Origin: Polyangiaceae bacterium
GTDB taxonomy: Bacteria > Myxococcota_A > Polyangia > Polyangiales > Polyangiaceae
Assembly (NCBI GenBank): GCA_965222375.1
Contig: CBDCTZ010000016.1
Coordinates: 1,248,001-1,312,000, forward strand
Direction: 5' to 3'
DNA: 64,000 nucleotides
The notes under the pieces are model-generated. The model was not told where the DNA came from. It made no database searches and saw nothing but the letters and a program-made list of their open reading frames with translations. A program made the position numbers and the translations under genes. Below, piece after piece: positions 10,278 through 18,150 of this stretch. The stretch's first letter is position 1. Every line of letters starts with the position of its first letter.

Positions 10278-11548
10278 CTCCCCGGCAGGCGTCTACACGC
10301 TTGCTCGGCTCCCAGGTCGCAGGCGCGCTTGAAGTAGTGTTGCGCTCGGGACGCCTCACCTGCGTTGTCGAAGGACATCCCGAGGGCGTGGCAGGCTTGG
10401 GGCTGCCCTCGCTCGCACGGCCGTTCCAGGAGCCGACGACCTCGCTGAGCGTCGGCGCGGCGTGGCCCCCGGGTCATCCAAGCGACGCCCAAGAGCGTAC
10501 ACGCGGTCATGTCGTCTAGACGACAAGCTCGCTGGAAGGCCGTCGTGCTCTTGCCGAGGTCGCGCTCTACCCGGTCGCCGATCGCCAGCAGTGTGCCCCA
10601 TTCGCGGCAAGCCTTGGCGTCGCCCCGTTGGCAGGCATCGCGGCAAGTGGCGACCTCAGGACAGAACTTCCCTTTGAGCGGAGCAGCTTGCTCCGATGAG
10701 AGGATCGCAATTGGCGGTTGTGGGGGCTCCAACTTGGACAACTCGAGGCGCAAGACCGCACCGCAATGGTTGGGTGGTGCTGGCTGACCGGGGCGAGCCG
10801 TACGACAGGCGGCGATGGAGCCGTCCCGATTGAGCCGGTCCTCGGACGCGCTCGAGCTTGCTGCCACTTCGGCTCCAAAGATCCCCGCTGCAGCCCGAGT
10901 GGCCTGGCGATTCGATGTGCCGAATGCGAACGCGCCGAGCGTCGCGCTCTCCACCACGTGGGTTGCGCCACGGCAGTCACCTCGCAGCTCGTCAATAGAA
11001 AGCACCTCGTGATCAGCCTGCCGCTTGCCGACAATCATCATGGCTAGATCCAAACTCGAGGACGAGCCGTGTCGCGCCTCGGCCTTGGCGAAAAGCCGAG
11101 GGCCCAATAAGGGCAGCTGCGCCGCGGCGCTCGCGCGATCTGTGAGCCGCACGAGCTGTTCTTTCGCCTCCGTGCCAACGTAGCCGTAGGCACCTGGCAC
11201 GCTACATTGCGGCAGCACCTGGAGCGTCCGGCAGTCGTACCGGACCACCGCCAAGCCGCGTGTCATCGCAACCTCGAGGTCGGCGCGGCGTTCCGGCTGC
11301 TGATCGACGACCAAGGCGCTGACCCGACCTGCGCCAGCAGATTCGCAAGCACTTCGGCCCGTGGCGCTCACAACGCTCTCTGGTCTCGAAGTCGAGGGTC
11401 GCGCGCAGGAAGAGATAGCCACTACCATCAAGGGCAACGCCGCGAGCCCAGCCCGTTGGGAGCAGGTGTTTCTGGTCATCAACCACATGTGAACGCCAAT
11501 ACCACCGGTAGCAGAAAGGAGCACGCGCTCGGCAATGGACTCATCCAC
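10274..11548 (-). CDS. Lipoprotein: uncharacterised N-terminal domain + Cys-type Sel1-like repeats
   Basis: Lipobox-like ISSC; ACQRGDAKACREWG, ACRLDDMTACTLLG and ACDLG repeats. N-domain paralogous to 39694-41625. True start may be 11488 or 11479. Confidence 0.8.
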   Translation of the reverse strand: MDESIAERVLLSATGGIGVHMWLMTRNTCSQRAGLAALPLMVVAISSCARPSTSRPESVVSATGRSACESAGAGRVSALVVDQQPERRADLEVAMTRGLAVVRYDCRTLQVLPQCSVPGAYGYVGTEAKEQLVRLTDRASAAAQLPLLGPRLFAKAEARHGSSSSLDLAMMIVGKRQADHEVLSIDELRGDCRGATHVVESATLGAFAFGTSNRQATRAAAGIFGAEVAASSSASEDRLNRDGSIAACRTARPGQPAPPNHCGAVLRLELSKLEPPQPPIAILSSEQAAPLKGKFCPEVATCRDACQRGDAKACREWGTLLAIGDRVERDLGKSTTAFQRACRLDDMTACTLLGVAWMTRGPRRADAQRGRRLLERPCERGQPQACHALGMSFDNAGEASRAQHYFKRACDLGAEQACRRLPGS

Positions 11549-11564
11549 CGCTGCTCGCGGTCCG

Positions 11565-11969
11565 TCATGCTTCCAGGATGATCACATCGAGCCCAGGGAC
11601 CCGACAGAAATCCTGGTCGAAGGTCAGCAGGCGCCCGCCCGCCACGAGAGTCGTCGCGGCAATCCAAACATCGTTGATGGGGATCGGAGTTCCAGCACGC
11701 TTGAGTTCGGAGAAGAGCGTGCCGTAGCGTCGTGCTTCCGGCTCTCCGACTGACGCAACTACGGTGAACGGCTCTTGCAGGAAGTCTTCGAGCACGCGTT
11801 GATTGGCAGCCACGCGCTTTCCGAGCTGAAACCCTGCGTGCAGCTCGCCGACGACTGTTGCAGGAACCACGATGCTCTGCGCACGGCTCATCCAAGTCAG
11901 GGTTTGTTCATGACCGCGGCGAAAGTGCGAATAGGCCGACGTGTCGAGAACCAGGGTGGCGACTCTCAC
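11565..11969 (-). CDS. vapC: VapC PIN-domain toxin (copy 1)
   Basis: Acidic tetrad in LDTSAYS, VGEL, INDVWIAA and LLTFDQDF. GTG start overlaps the antitoxin TGA. Confidence 0.93.
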   Translation of the reverse strand: MRVATLVLDTSAYSHFRRGHEQTLTWMSRAQSIVVPATVVGELHAGFQLGKRVAANQRVLEDFLQEPFTVVASVGEPEARRYGTLFSELKRAGTPIPINDVWIAATTLVAGGRLLTFDQDFCRVPGLDVIILEA

Positions 11970-12208
11970 GACCAGTCGCTCTCATCCACTGCACGTTGCT
12001 CCCCCAGCGCTGAATCGAAATCCCGCGCGTCCTCCTCGGTCCAGGTCGCGTAGCGCTGCAGGCGCGCTCTGCGTTCGTCGACGCCCAGTGCATGCTTCAG
12101 GATCTGCAGCACGGTCGTGTTGACGCTCTCGTTTCGCTCCTCGGCAAGCTTCTTCAGCGCAGCAGCGACCTCAGGTGGCACGTTGCGCACGGTGAGCTGC
12201 CGACTCAT
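11966..12208 (-). CDS. vapB: Ribbon-helix-helix antitoxin (FitA/VapB-like, copy 1)
   Basis: MSRQLTVRNVPPEVAAALKKLAEERNESVN RHH pattern, acidic C-terminus, 80 aa, directly upstream of the PIN gene. Confidence 0.88.
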   Translation of the reverse strand: MSRQLTVRNVPPEVAAALKKLAEERNESVNTTVLQILKHALGVDERRARLQRYATWTEEDARDFDSALGEQRAVDESDWS

Positions 12209-12214
12209 AAGATG

Positions 12215-12243
12215 AGTCTATGACAGCGTAATCATGATGTCAA
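12215..12243 (-). promoter_or_regulatory. Sigma70-type promoter of vapBC copy 1 with an overlapping inverted-repeat operator
   Basis: Minus strand TTGACA-17 nt-TAGACT-6 nt-ATG; inverted repeat TGACA-N12-TGTCA at 12221-12242. Confidence 0.85.
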
Positions 12244-12259
12244 GCAGGCACATCCTTAG

Positions 12260-12526
12260 ATTGCGGGCTTGGGCGTGGGCAGCGTCCATCGACGCCTCCG
12301 CGACAGGGTCGGGCGCTGCGATTGTAGCCGCGTGCATGCTCGCGTCGGCGGAAGCATCTTTGTTGCCGCCCGGCGCGGTGCTGTCGCCGTCGCAGGAGCA
12401 GGCGACGGCGATCAGGGCCGCGAAGGGGACCACACGATCGTGCCCGAACCCACAACGCACACCGTAGATCTGGGCGACGGCGATCAGGGCCGCGAAGGGG
12501 ACCATACGAGATGTCATCGCCTGCAC
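12260..12526 (-). pseudogene. 5' fragment of the tandem lipoprotein family (signal peptide and linker only)
   Basis: (V/M)QAMTSRMVPFAALIAVA...CSCDGDSTAPGGNKDASADAS matches the N-termini at 17963, 19554 and 21145. The mature domain is absent. Confidence 0.85.
12401..12509. repeat. 37-bp direct repeat flanking a 35-bp insert
   Basis: GGCGACGGCGATCAGGGCCGCGAAGGGGACCA(C/T)ACGA at 12401-12437 and 12473-12509. Confidence 0.9.
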
Positions 12527-12532
12527 TTGGTC

Positions 12533-12694
12533 TCAGTCTCCGCGGAACAGCCAGAACAGCCCGATGACGCTGGCGGCCAATACGCCGAGCGCGATGGCGG
12601 CGACCAAGAGATCCGTCGAGGTCCAGCCCACCTTGCGCTCGCGAACGGGTCGTTTCGCTCGCTTGAGCATGGCCACGTCGGGGCGCTGCCGCGG
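12533..12694 (-). pseudogene. Duplicated 3' end of the FHA-domain gene (copy A)
   Basis: Encodes KRAKRPVRERKVGWTSTDLLVAAIALGVLAASVIGLFWLFRGD*, nearly identical to the C-terminus of 24462-25451. Confidence 0.9.
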
Positions 12695-12854
12695 CCTATC
12701 GCTCCGAAAAGCTGCGCACCTTGCGCAGATTGTCGCCGATGCCGGGACCACGGAAGGTTCGGTGAGTGGACCTGCCCTGCGCGTTTCGAGCCGGAAACGG
12801 CTGTCTTTGTAAGCGACGCGCCGGGGGCACGCGAATTGCTCCGGCAACCCAACG

Positions 12855-14210
12855 ATGGCACGAATGACACTATCAACATGGATTGTCGCGCTCGCTTGGG
12901 CCGGACTGCTCAGCGCAGCCTGCGGGGGGGGTGGGTCGGGCGGAGGCGGCATCATCGACGGCAGTGCGGATGGATTCGTCGGTTCCGGTGGCGGACCCGA
13001 TTCGGGCGGGCTCCATGATGCGCCGACCGGAGACGCTCCGGGGGATGGGTCGCCAGTCATCGACAGCAGCGAGGATGCGGGTCCGGCTGCCGCCGCTTGT
13101 GTTACCGCAGGAACATCATTGGCGAACAGTTTTGACCCGACTTTCGACAACGGCCTGAAGACACTTCCAAGTCTCGGCTTCAACATCACGAACTTCAAAG
13201 GGATCCGGGGCGATTCGAAGCAGCGGCTCATCGTGTTTGGCACCAAGTCTGGCGTTACGAGCGATGCGCTGGCTGTTCGCTTCACTGAGGACGGTAAACT
13301 CGACACGACCTTCGGCACCGGCGGAGTCGCTGTGTTTGCCCCTAGCGCGAAGTCCGACAGTGTTTTTGACGCCCAAGTCGACGCTCTTGGGCGCGTCTAT
13401 CTCACAGGTCTCACTCATGAGAATGGCGGCAAGCCGCAGGGCTCTTTTGTAATTCGCTTCACTGAAGGCGGTGTTCCGGACGCCAGTTTTGGCGATGGGG
13501 GCTTCGTGCGGTTGGGCGACCCTGTTCTCAGCGCCGTGGCTGAGGTGATCTTGCCTGTGGGCGACGGGGTGCTGGTGGGTGGGTTTCGTTCGCAATCGAA
13601 CAACACGAATCCGATGGGTTTCATACTCAAGCTCCGAGCAGACGGTTCCAACGACCCGAGCTTCCCCACGCTCAACGCGGGAACGGGTTTCAAGGCTCTC
13701 GCCTTGGGGGCGGGAGACACGCTCTTCGCCGGAGGTGATCACGTACGAAAGCTGGCGTTTTCCAATCCGACGTCGTCGATTTGGCTCAACCAAGAGTTCA
13801 ACCTGGTGGAGCAGCTCGCAGCCGCGCCGGACGGGGGAGTGCTCGTCAGGACGGGGGGCAGCTTTGGCTCGATCGACGCAACGGGTAAGAAGACCTACTC
13901 CAAGTTCGCGAGCGGTTTCTCAAACGAGTGGATTGCCGCGTACTGCGACGGGCGGTCGCTGGTCGTGGGCTCTGACATCAATGGCGATCCCAAGGCTGCT
14001 GATCGCCCCGCCGCCGTTCGGCTCGACGCCACCGGCGCGTTCGAACTCGGGTCGAGCGGTGGTCCGGCGACCTGGCCGAGCCTCGAAACCGCGGCGTCGA
14101 CACCAGGGAGCTGGCGGGTGGTTGGCGCTTTCGTTCGCGCCGACGGGAAGGTCATCGTTGCGGCGGAAGATCAGGATAACGCGGTCGTGCTGGTCCGCTT
14201 CTCGCCCTAG
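12855..14210 (+). CDS. Lipoprotein with delta-60-type (DUF5122-like) beta-propeller repeats
   Basis: Lipobox SAAC; repeats RFTEDGKLDTTFGTGG, RFTEGGVPDASFGDGG and KLRADGSNDPSF. Confidence 0.82.
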   Translation: MARMTLSTWIVALAWAGLLSAACGGGGSGGGGIIDGSADGFVGSGGGPDSGGLHDAPTGDAPGDGSPVIDSSEDAGPAAAACVTAGTSLANSFDPTFDNGLKTLPSLGFNITNFKGIRGDSKQRLIVFGTKSGVTSDALAVRFTEDGKLDTTFGTGGVAVFAPSAKSDSVFDAQVDALGRVYLTGLTHENGGKPQGSFVIRFTEGGVPDASFGDGGFVRLGDPVLSAVAEVILPVGDGVLVGGFRSQSNNTNPMGFILKLRADGSNDPSFPTLNAGTGFKALALGAGDTLFAGGDHVRKLAFSNPTSSIWLNQEFNLVEQLAAAPDGGVLVRTGGSFGSIDATGKKTYSKFASGFSNEWIAAYCDGRSLVVGSDINGDPKAADRPAAVRLDATGAFELGSSGGPATWPSLETAASTPGSWRVVGAFVRADGKVIVAAEDQDNAVVLVRFSP

Positions 14211-14375
14211 CCCGCCCCTCGGTGCCGCGGGGCGGCAGTACCCTCGGGTTTTCTGAACGTCGTTTTTTGCTTGCACCCGGCGGCTACGCGCATCGTTGGG
14301 GATCCGTTCGGCACCCGCCCTCGGGTTTCGGATTTGAAGGGTATCCAGTTTCGTCGGCGAGCGTAAGAACCAATC

Positions 14376-14900
14376 ATGAACCGACTATGCGGGACGCTGG
14401 TTGGGGGTGTTGGGCTCAGGGGATCTTTGCGCGGCGTGTACCGCGCCGTCGCGCTCATGGCTGCGACGCTGGCGCTTTCGTGCGGCGGGTCAGGCGATGA
14501 AGACGGCGGTGGGGCCGGGGCAGCGGGGATGGGCGGCACGGCGGGCAGCGCGGGTAGTGGTGGCAGCGCGGGTAGTGGTGGCAGCGCGGGTAGTGTCAGT
14601 CTTGCCTGCGTGGGTGATGAAGTCGTGTGTGGATTGAACTGCTGCAGCGTAGGTCAGTGTGATGCGTTTGGCGGCTATTCCATGAAAGTGGAGCCGGTGA
14701 ACGGAAGATGTCGGCTTACAATCACCGATCCAACCGTGGGCAGTGCGGTTGCGTTCTTGGGCTGTGACGGTTCCGTAGAGGCGTTCAATACAAATGGAAA
14801 ACCGAATGACCAACCTGGAACTTGGACCGGAAGCGGTTCGAACTTCACGCTCAACATTGATGGCTTTGACCACGTCTGCCAGGTTTCGCCTGGGCCATGA
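14376..14900 (+). CDS. Small Gly-linker, Cys-containing lipoprotein, unknown function
   Basis: Lipobox ALSC, GSAGSG linker repeats and a Cys-containing globular part. Start may be further downstream. Confidence 0.7.
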   Translation: MNRLCGTLVGGVGLRGSLRGVYRAVALMAATLALSCGGSGDEDGGGAGAAGMGGTAGSAGSGGSAGSGGSAGSVSLACVGDEVVCGLNCCSVGQCDAFGGYSMKVEPVNGRCRLTITDPTVGSAVAFLGCDGSVEAFNTNGKPNDQPGTWTGSGSNFTLNIDGFDHVCQVSPGP

Positions 14901-15150
14901 CACGTCCGCGATGCTGCCGCGGTTGAGCTAGAAGGCGTCGGCCGGGCCCGTGCCCGGGGCGGTCATTGACCCATGCGACCACCTTGAAGGCAATGGGTGC
15001 CCCCGCCGCGCCAAAACGTGGCCTGCTGCGGGAGTAGCGGCCCAGGTCGACCCAGTGACGCGACCCCAACCAAACAAACTGATGGGGGCTATGCTGACTC
15101 GATTGCAGTCGGACGGTGCAACACGCAGGCCCTTGGGATGTCTCTGAGAC

Positions 15151-15229
15151 TCAATCCCCGCGGAACAGCCAGAACAGGCCGATGACGCTGACGGCCAGCA
15201 CGACGATCGCGACGGCGGCGATCAGGAGG
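15151..15229 (-). pseudogene. Duplicated 3' end of the FHA-domain gene (copy B)
   Basis: TCAATCCCCGCGGAACAGCCAGAACAG...CAGGAGG matches 24462-24540 and encodes LLIAAVAIVVLAVSVIGLFWLFRGD*. Confidence 0.9.
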
Positions 15230-15674
15230 GCGCTGCTCTCAGCTGGTGGCGGTGGACGTGCGCAGGGGCAAGGAGAAGTGGCGCACCGGCTTCAAGACGT
15301 TGAACAACGCCTTTCTCGTCCACGGTGATTACATCATTGGTGGCTACGGGTTCACCGCTGAGCCCAGTGCGCTGAATATCCTTCGCAAGAAGGACGGCCG
15401 CCTGCTGCGCAAGACGCGGCTGAAGACCCGGTCGTTCCCGGGTGGCAATCACGATCATTTGCGCATCGAGCCAGGCAATGTGCTGCGCGTGGGCGTGTAT
15501 GAACACTTCAAGGACCTCAAGTTCTCGCTCAACGGCCTCGGAGCCGGCCGCCCCTCACTGAGGTACTTGGGTAGCGTCGCGCCACTCAAGGCTTCGCCCC
15601 GAAAACCTCCGACGCGCAAGCCTCCTCCGCGTCACCGCGCCCGTTCAAAGCACGTCATCAAGGTGGGCTTCTAG
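15228..15674 (+). pseudogene. 5'-truncated duplicate of the 9204-10277 gene
   Basis: GGGCGCTGCTCTCAGCTGGTGGC... aligns to 9831 onward through the stop codon. No signal peptide or genuine start. Confidence 0.88.
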
Positions 15675-15767
15675 CTCCCTGGCAGACGTCTACGAGCTTG
15701 CTCGGCTCCCCGGTCGCAGCCGCGCCTGAAGTAGTGTTGCGCTCGGGACGCCTCGCCCGCGGCCCAC
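15671..15767 (-). pseudogene. Relic of the Sel1 lipoprotein gene with a ~1.2-kb internal deletion
   Basis: 15671-15761 matches 10274-10364, then the sequence jumps to the homolog of about 11545 (CCAC..CT(G/A)CTCGCGG.CCGTCATGCTTC). Confidence 0.85.
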
Positions 15768-15783
15768 GGCTACTCGCGGCCCG

Positions 15784-16188
15784 TCATGCTTCAAGCATGA
15801 TCACGTCGAGCCCAGGGACCCGACAGAAATCCTGATCGAAGGTCAGCAGGCGCCCGCCCGCAACCAAAGTGGTCGCGGCGATCCACACGTCGTTGATGGG
15901 GATCGGTGTCCCAGCGCGCTTGAGCTCGGAGAAGAGCGTGCCATAGCGTCGTGCTTCCGGCTCCCCGACCGACGCAACTACGGTGAAGGGTTCTTGTAGA
16001 AAGTCTTCGAGCACGCGTTGATTGGCAGCCACGCGCTTTCCGAGCTGAAACCCCGCATGCAGCTCGCCGACGACCGTTGCGGGAACCATGATGCTCTGCG
16101 CACGGCTCATCCAGGTCAGGGTTTGCTCATGGCCGCGGCGAAACTGCGAATAAGCCGACGTGTCGAGTACCAGGGTGGCGACCCTCAC
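15784..16188 (-). CDS. vapC: VapC PIN-domain toxin (copy 2)
   Basis: 134 aa, 3 substitutions versus copy 1; catalytic acidic residues intact. Confidence 0.93.
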   Translation of the reverse strand: MRVATLVLDTSAYSQFRRGHEQTLTWMSRAQSIMVPATVVGELHAGFQLGKRVAANQRVLEDFLQEPFTVVASVGEPEARRYGTLFSELKRAGTPIPINDVWIAATTLVAGGRLLTFDQDFCRVPGLDVIMLEA

Positions 16189-16427
16189 GACCAGTCGCCT
16201 TCATCCACTGCACGTTGCTTTTCAAGCGCTGAATCGAAATCCCGCGCGTCTTCCTCAGTCCAGGTTGCGTAGCGCTGCAGGCGTGCTCTGCGTTCGTCGA
16301 CACCCAGCGCATGCTTCAGGATCTCCAGCACGGTCGTGTTGACGCTTTCATTTCGCTCTTCGGCGAGCTGCTTCAGCGCAGCAGCGACCTCTGCTGGCAC
16401 GTTGCGCACGGTGAGCTGCCGACTCAT
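16185..16427 (-). CDS. vapB: RHH antitoxin (copy 2)
   Basis: 80 aa, 6 substitutions versus copy 1. Confidence 0.88.
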   Translation of the reverse strand: MSRQLTVRNVPAEVAAALKQLAEERNESVNTTVLEILKHALGVDERRARLQRYATWTEEDARDFDSALEKQRAVDEGDWS

Positions 16428-16433
16428 GGAGTG

Positions 16434-16462
16434 AATCTATGACAGCATAATGACGATGTCAA
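16434..16462 (-). promoter_or_regulatory. Sigma70-type promoter/operator of vapBC copy 2
   Basis: TTGACA-17 nt-TAGATT-6 nt-ATG; TGACA-N12-TGTCA conserved while inner spacer bases differ from copy 1. Confidence 0.85.
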
Positions 16463-16553
16463 GCAGGCATGCCGTGATTCGCCGAGGGCGCATTACTCTC
16501 GTCCAGGCCCACGCGCGGCTCGAGCGTCCACGTGACCTGCCCCAACCGGTGCA

Positions 16554-17963
16554 CTACGGGGGCACTCCGGGGCCGAGCAGGGAGAGCGGATAGCGCACGA
16601 TGCTCCAGGACTCGTAGGGGTAGACGCCGGAATCGGAGTTGTTGGGTAGCCCCTCTTCAAAGGCCACTTCGGTGTCGGTAACGTAGAGCGGGCGGCCCCA
16701 CAGGCGACCTGGACGGCGGTCGACTTTCCAACGCACTCCGTCGCTCAGTCGGAGGACGACGGGTAGGAAGTTTTCAGAAGAGCCCGTCTTGTCATGGTTT
16801 GCGGTGGTTGCCGCGTAGTCGCCGTTGACCACCCAGGGTTTGCACGGACCTTTGCCCCCGGTTGCATCCCGGACCTTTACGGGCTTCAGTGCTTTGGGGT
16901 CCGTGGTGTGAGGCGCCTTGAAAATCTCGATGGTCTGCCACTCGGTGCCGGTCCAGCCCGAAGCTTGGGTCCAGACCATGGTCTTGCCATCCGTGCCCAG
17001 GCCGCAGGTGGAGCCCACTTGGCCGAGGGCGTTGCCCGTATGCGGCAGCATGATTTGGGCGCCTGCCCCCGGCGTCCAGATCCAGACCTCGGCCCACGGC
17101 TCCGGTCCGTGCGTATCCCAGAAGAGCGCGTCGCCCCAAGCTCGGAGGGAGTTGGAGATGGCGGTGCGGTGGTTGGGAGACTGCCAGGCCGCGAGGACGT
17201 TGGCGTCGTCTTGGGCGCCGAAGACATCGATCGTGGCGTTGAAACCGCGGAGCCAAGCGCCGATCTTGGAGGAAATTGCGTATCCCGACAACAGGACCGC
17301 GCTCGTTTCCGCATGCACGGTCCAGGGCTTCCCGTCGTCGTCTGCGGCGATGAGAGCCGTGAACCGGGGTGAATCATCAACCGTTTTCACCCAAGCGAGG
17401 TGCATCACGCGACCTTGGGCATGGGCACTGGGGTAGAAGTTGCACTGCTTGCCCGCTATCCGCGCCTGAAAAATGACCTCGTTGTCCGGCAGGCGGAGCG
17501 TGACGACCTCGAAGAACTCTTGGCCCAGATCCCGTGTGAAAGTGATGTGCTGCTTGCCTTCGTGGCTGCCCCCGTACGCGCTGCCACCACGGATTCGATA
17601 CTTCGGATCGCCCCAATTGTGCTCGAGCTCGAGCACGCCTGGCGGGGTGGTGATCCAAGCTGGCTTGGGGAGCATGGCGGCAGAATTGGGTGCCATCCAG
17701 ATGTCGCATTTGCAGGGCAGACCGGGGAAGCGGAGCCAGCCCTTGGGCACTTGGGGCTGTGGTGGGGTGGGGTCACAAGCCTGAGCGTCGGCCGCGTCGA
17801 TGGATGCGTCGGCCGCGTCGGATGCTCCGTCTGTTACCGCGTCCATGCTCGCGTCGACAGCAGCGTCTTTGCCATTGCCAGGCGTGGCGCTGTCGCCGTC
17901 GCAAGAGCACGCGATGGCGATGAGGGCGGCGAAGGGGACAACCCGAGACGTCATCGCCTGCAT
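16554..17963 (-). CDS. Tandem lipoprotein paralog 1 (probable beta-propeller)
   Basis: MQAMTSRVVPFAALIAIAC signal/lipobox, D/A linker, beta-rich body ending SIVRYPLSLLGPGVPP. Start chosen by homology with the paralogs. Confidence 0.85.
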   Translation of the reverse strand: MQAMTSRVVPFAALIAIACSCDGDSATPGNGKDAAVDASMDAVTDGASDAADASIDAADAQACDPTPPQPQVPKGWLRFPGLPCKCDIWMAPNSAAMLPKPAWITTPPGVLELEHNWGDPKYRIRGGSAYGGSHEGKQHITFTRDLGQEFFEVVTLRLPDNEVIFQARIAGKQCNFYPSAHAQGRVMHLAWVKTVDDSPRFTALIAADDDGKPWTVHAETSAVLLSGYAISSKIGAWLRGFNATIDVFGAQDDANVLAAWQSPNHRTAISNSLRAWGDALFWDTHGPEPWAEVWIWTPGAGAQIMLPHTGNALGQVGSTCGLGTDGKTMVWTQASGWTGTEWQTIEIFKAPHTTDPKALKPVKVRDATGGKGPCKPWVVNGDYAATTANHDKTGSSENFLPVVLRLSDGVRWKVDRRPGRLWGRPLYVTDTEVAFEEGLPNNSDSGVYPYESWSIVRYPLSLLGPGVPP

Positions 17964-18150
17964 TTCATTGCGGGCAGGCGCCGGGTGTCGGCGAGTTGCT
18001 ACGCATGATTGGATGAAGGACCCGTGACTTGGAGTTGGGGGGGTGGGGGTCGCGGCGCTTGGGCAGGCTGGGGCACGACTCTCGCCCCGGCCCGTGCGGC
18101 GCGCGGCTCGAGCGTCCACGTGACCTGCCCCAACCTGTGCACTACGGCGG
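17951..18150 (-). pseudogene. Relic of a protease-like C-terminus preceding paralog 1
   Basis: Frame reads AAVVHRLGQVTWTLEP...NHA*QLADTRRLPAMKCRR*. 17964-17992 is a 29-bp exact match to 21146-21174 in the protease 3' end. Confidence 0.7.

Noticed and set aside
12401..12509. Mini-CRISPR-like repeat-spacer-repeat (37/35/37 bp)
   Set aside because: Only two units, the repeat is the coding sequence of the lipoprotein signal peptide (VPFAALIAVA), and there are no cas genes in the window.
12533..13318. 261-aa minus-strand ORF
   Set aside because: Chimeric shadow: antisense to the delta-60 gene, with only the last ~45 codons meaningful (FHA 3' duplicate).
14209..14340. GC hairpin after the delta-60 gene and a twice-repeated CCCTCGGGTTT
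   Set aside because: The hairpin lacks an adjacent U-tract and the 11-bp repeat is too short to assign a function.
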